This document shows, in pieces, positions 59,340-64,000 of a stretch of DNA of 64,000 nucleotides (positions are counted from its first letter, which is position 1; each line of letters opens with the position of its first letter). Location: the NCBI RefSeq assembly GCF_009914755.1, contig NC_060928.1. The stretch is one strand, 5' to 3'. The notes under the pieces are model-generated. The model saw only the letters and a list, made by a program, of their open reading frames with translations. It was not told the DNA's origin and ran no database searches. This DNA is from the human T2T-CHM13v2.0 reference genome, Homo sapiens. The translations under genes were made by a program, and so were the position numbers.

Positions 59340-60820
59340 ATCCATGCAAGGCTCAGTATGCATGTATTTATAGACTTCTTATATAACAAAGATTGATGTC
59401 TTGTATGAAAGTACTTTCAATGTACACAAATTGTGTGGCATCATTCACTTCATTCTGTTCCTCACTTTTTCACTCAGGAGTCTCTTCATGTTGCTGCACA
59501 TATATCAAGTCTGTTGTTTAACTGCTTAATAATACTCCCTAGTGCACATCCAGTACAAGCGCTTCTCCAGTCACCCAGTAAGAAACCACAGATTGCTGAC
59601 ACTTCCCTGTAAAACAATGAACATCTTCATATATGCCCCACTATAGACCTGTGTGAGACTTTCTCTGGGATGAGAACCCAGACATCCCACCCACAACAAT
59701 CTTCTGGATTCCCCATCTGGATTGCTGGGTCAGAGGATATGCATATTCTTAATTTGACCAAATAGGACCAGAGGCTCTCCAGTGTGGCTCCAACAGTCCA
59801 CATCCCCAACAGCACTGCATGAGGATCTTTACATCCCCCATCCCCATCTCCCTGCAACACTTGGCTGGAGTTCCAGCTTTGTAAGTTGTGCTAATCTGAT
59901 AGATTTGAAGTTGCTATTGTTTACACTTTCATCTCTTACAAACCCCCAACGAGTCTGAGCATCTTGTCATAAGTTAGATATCATTTAAAAATTATCATTT
60001 TAGTTTCTTTTTCTCATGAATCATGTTTTTTTCCTTTTACTAGATTTCTACTGGAATTCCCAAACTCCTCATCAGTTCTCTGTTACTTTTATCCATGACT
60101 ATTTTCATGAAAACAGAAAAGCTTATTTTGATGTAATTAAATCCATCAATTTTAGCCTCAGGTTACTGGTTTGGGGGTTTTCTATCTTAGATGGAATTCT
60201 ACAATCTTTCCAGCAAATATAATGTTTATTGTAGGTATTTGTCACATGACCTTTATAAATTAGAACATTCTCTTTCAGACCTGATTTTCTAAGAGTTTTA
60301 ATTTTTAATCATGAAGTTATTGAATTTTATCCAATGCTTTTTCTGGTTCTATTACGATCATCCTATAGTTTTTCTCCTTTAGTGTATTCATGTGGTGAGT
60401 TACATTGGCTCATTTTCTGATGTTGAATCATCCTTGCTTTCTTGTTTTAAAGGATTTTTAATATTTTAATACAGTTTAGATCAGTGTGTCTGGTTCATTT
60501 CAGCTCCTTCACTGCCAAACCAGGGGGCAGGGACTAGTTCAGTTTCTCTGCCTTCTCTTTGTCAGTGATGATCAGGGTATAAAGGAATCTGTTGCATGGA
60601 ACTTTAAACTTCATATTGTCCTTACTTTTCTTGATCTTGACAGATTTGGCATCCTTTCACCAGGCTGTAAGCAGAAAACCCTTGATTTCCTCAATTTTCT
60701 GAGGCATGGCGATAAGGTACACCCGGCGCAGACTCATCCTTGCTTTTATGGAGATAAAACTGTCCTAATTTTGTGTTATCTCTAAGATAATAATATCTTA
60801 CTTTATAACAAAAATTATTG
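59340..60820 (-). mobile_element. Ancient L1M fragments hosting the RPL38 retrocopy
   Basis: GGATTGCTGGGTCAGAGG...CAGTCCACATCCCCAACAGCA; TTGAATTTTATCCAATGCTTTTTCTG...TTGAATCATCCTTGC are antisense old L1 ORF2 blocks. Confidence 0.65.
60441..60733 (-). pseudogene. RPL38: Processed pseudogene of 60S ribosomal protein L38 (former CDS 60707-60495)
   Basis: Minus strand reads [68 protein letters not shown]: 70 codons, no introns, stops at codons 17 and 58. 13-bp TSD TCATCCTTGCTTT at 60428-60440 and 60734-60746. Confidence 0.95.
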
Positions 60821-60823
60821 TTA

Positions 60824-63800
60824 GGGGCAGAGCAAGATGGTGGAATAGAATCCTACACCTTTCATCCCTTTTACTGGAACACCAAATTTTAATAACTACC
60901 TGCCCATGGAAAAGCACCATCCCAAAAACCAAAAATTAGGTGAGGAATCATAATACCTGCTTTTAACTTCGTATCACTGAAAGAGGCATTGAGGAGTGCA
61001 GGAGAGACAGTCTCGAATCATGGATACCACACCTCCTCCATCTGCTGTCAGCAGAGAGAGGTGCAGAGAGAGGGAGAATCTGTGCACTTTGGGGAGGGAA
61101 AATGCAGCAACTTGGGGATTTTACATTGAACTGGGTGCTGCCCCATCACAGTGGAGAATAAAGCCTTGCTGGTCTCAACCAGCACCTGCACACCAGAGGG
61201 AGCATTTGGAATAGCCCTAGGCAGAGGGAATCGCTCATCCTAGCGGTAAGAACTGGAGTTTTTCAGCAAGCCTCGCTACTGCAGGCTGAAGTGCACTGAG
61301 GGCCTAGGTAAACTTGAAAGGCAGTCTAGGACACAAGGACTGCAATACCTAGGCAACTCCTAGTGCAAGGCTGGGCTGAGAGTCAGCGAATTAGGGTGGT
61401 ACCTAGTGAGAACTAGATGACCTAGGGAGACACCAGTGGGCGCAGCTAAGGAAGTGCTTGTGCTACTCCTCCCCACAACTCCAGGCAGTGCAGCTCGAAG
61501 CAATGAAAGTGACTCCTTCCTTCTGCTTGAGGAGGGCAGAGTGAAGAATAAAGAGGACTTTGTCTTGCATTTTGGATACCAGCTCAGTCACAGTAGGATA
61601 GTGTACCAGGTAGAGTCATGAAGCCCCTATTCCAGACCCTAGCTCCCAAACCACATTTCAAGACACACCTTGGGCCAAAAGTGTACCCTCTTTCTTAAAG
61701 GGAAAGATAAGTCCAAGCAGGTTTTATCATCTGTTAACGAAAGAGCCCTTGGGCCCTGAATAACCGGCAGTGATACCCAGGGAGTACACAATGGGCCTTG
61801 GGCTCTGAGACATGCTGGTTTCAGGGGAAATGCCACACATTCCCAGCTGTGGCAACTATGGTGGGAGACTCCTTCTGTTTGAGAAAAGCAGAGGGAAAAG
61901 TAAATGGGACTTTGTCTTGCACCCTAGGTACCAGCTCTGCCAAGGTGGGGTAGAGCAGGCTCTTGGAGTCCCTGAGTCCAGGCCTAGGCTCTTGGATGAC
62001 ATTTCTGGAAATGCCCTAGGCAAAAGGAGAGCCCACTGCCCTGCAGGGTGAGTCCCAGGCCTGGCAGCATCCATCACAAGCTGACTGAAGAGCACTTGGG
62101 CTTTAAGTGACATCAGCAGTGGCCTGGCAGAATCCCCCATGGGTTGGTGGTGGTGGTGGCCACAGAGAGAGGTCCCTCTGCCTGTGAAAAGGGAAGGGAA
62201 GAGCGGGAGGGACTTTGTATTGTGATTTGAGTGCCAGCTTAGCTGCCATAAAATGGAGTATCAGGTAATTTGCTAAGGTTTTTTACTTCAAACCCTGACT
62301 CCCAGACAGCATCTCTGGACATGCCTAGGGCCTTGGGAAACTCATTACCCTGAAGGGAAGGGCCTTGAAGAAGACTCAGTGCTGTGCTGGCTTCAAGTCT
62401 GATCCAGTGCAGTCCCAGTAGTGACGGCCACAGGAGTGCTTGCATCACCACACTCCCAGTTCCAGGTGGCTCAGAACAGAGAGTAAGACTCTGTGTGTTT
62501 GGGAGAAAGTAAGGAAAATGAACAAGAGTCTTTGTATGGTAATCCGGAGAATTCTTCCAGATTATATTAAAGACAACCAAGGTGGTACTTCTGTGAGTCT
62601 ACAAAAACTACAGTATTATTGGGACTAGGCACAAGTCCCTTTGAGTATCTGGAAAGCCTTTCCAAGAAGGAAAGACACAAACCTAGACTGTGAAGACGAC
62701 AATAAATGCCTAACTCTTCAATGCCCAGACACCAACAAATATCTACAAGCATCAATAACATCCAGGAAAACAAGACACCACTAAATGAACTAGATAAGTC
62801 ACCAGGGACCAAGCCTGGAGAAACAGATATATGGTCTTTCAGAGAGATAATTCAAAATAGCTCTTCTGAGGAAACTAAAATTCAAGATAACACAGAGAAG
62901 GAATTCAGAATTCTGTTAGATAAATTTAACAAAGAGATTGAAATAATTAAAAAGAATCAAGCAGAAATTCTAGAGTTGAAAAGTGCAATTGACATATTGA
63001 AGAATGCATCAGAATATCTTAATAGTAGAATGGATCAAGCAGAAAAAAAGAATTAGTGAGCTTGAAGACAGGCTATTTGAAAATATGCAGAGAGAAAAAA
63101 GAATAAAAAGAATCAAAAGCAATGAGAAGATCTATAAGATCTAGAAAATAGTCTCAAAAAAGCAAATCTAAGAGTTACTGGCCTTAAAGAGGAGGTAGAG
63201 AAAGAAATAGGAATAGAAAGTTTATTCAAAGGAATAACATCAGAGAACTTCCCAAGCCTAGAGAAAGATAACAACATTCAGGTACAAGAAGGTTATGGAA
63301 CATCAAGCAGATTTAACCCAAAGAACACTATCTCAAGGCATTTAATAATTAAACTCCCAAGGGATAAAGAACAAATTTTAAAAACAGCAAGAGAAAAGAA
63401 ATAAATATACAATAGAACTCCAATACATCTAACAGCAAACTGCAGTGGAAAACTTACAGGCCAGGAGAAACTGGTATGACATATTTGAAGTGCTGAAAGA
63501 AAAATCTTTCATCCTAGAATAGTATATTTAGCAAAAATGTCCTTTAAGCATGAAGGAGAAATAAAGACCTTCCCAGACCAACAAAACCGAGGGATTTCAT
63601 CAACATCAGACCTGTCCTACAAGAAATGCTAAAGGGTGGTCTTCAATCTGAAATGAAGGGATATTAATGAGCAAGAAGAAGTCATCTGAAGGTACAAAAC
63701 TCACTGGTAATATTAAGGACACAGAAAAACACAGAATAGTATAACACTGTAGTTGTGGTGTGTAAACTTCTATCAACTTAAGTAGAAAGACTAAATGATG

Positions 63801-64000
63801 AACTAATAAAAAATAATAACTACATCAATTTTTCAAGACATGGACAGAACAGTAAGACATAAAGAGAAACAACAAAAAGTTAAAAAGTGGGGGGACAAAA
63901 TTAAAGTGTAGCCCTTCTTTAGTTTTCTTTTTGTGTGTTTGTTTGCTTGTTTATGCAATCAGTTTTAAGTTATCACCAGCTTAAAATAATGGGCTGTAAG
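60824..64000 (+). mobile_element. 5' portion of an old L1 (L1MA/L1M1-type): 5'UTR, decayed ORF1, inter-ORF region; runs off the window
   Basis: Begins GGGGCAGAGCAAGATGG. ORF 62706-63056 (DKFNKEIEIIKKNQAEILELK..LNSRMDQAE) is the ORF1p coiled coil. Frameshifted ORF1 continues to ~63660. Confidence 0.88.

Noticed and set aside
60486-60785. 99-aa plus-strand ORF
   Set aside because: Antisense shadow of the RPL38 pseudogene.

Overview
Great-ape (human-like) non-coding DNA. I find no intact protein-coding gene, CpG island, structural RNA gene or CRISPR array. The window is a mosaic of interspersed repeats: Alu, L1, L2, MIR, MaLR and ERVL LTRs, MER DNA transposons and a near-full-length Tigger1. 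It also holds a very short SVA insertion (a hominoid marker) and an RPL38 processed pseudogene. The ORFs that translate to recognisable protein are remnants of L1 ORF1/ORF2, Tigger1 transposase, MaLR internal sequence and ERVL integrase. The most notable structures are: (1) a 2.2-kb MaLR internal region bounded by two unrelated LTRs (MLT2-type and MLT1-type) that appears to be one insertion; (2) a ~97%-identical 181-bp copy of an ancient MIR fragment 1.8 kb from its donor; (3) several template-switch scars, including an inverted templated insertion and an Alu tail folded back over its own TSD; (4) an L1 with a probable short 3' transduction. Repeat subfamily names come from my recollection of consensus sequences, not from a database search. 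Boundaries of old repeats are approximate. I see no evidence of a new gene system.
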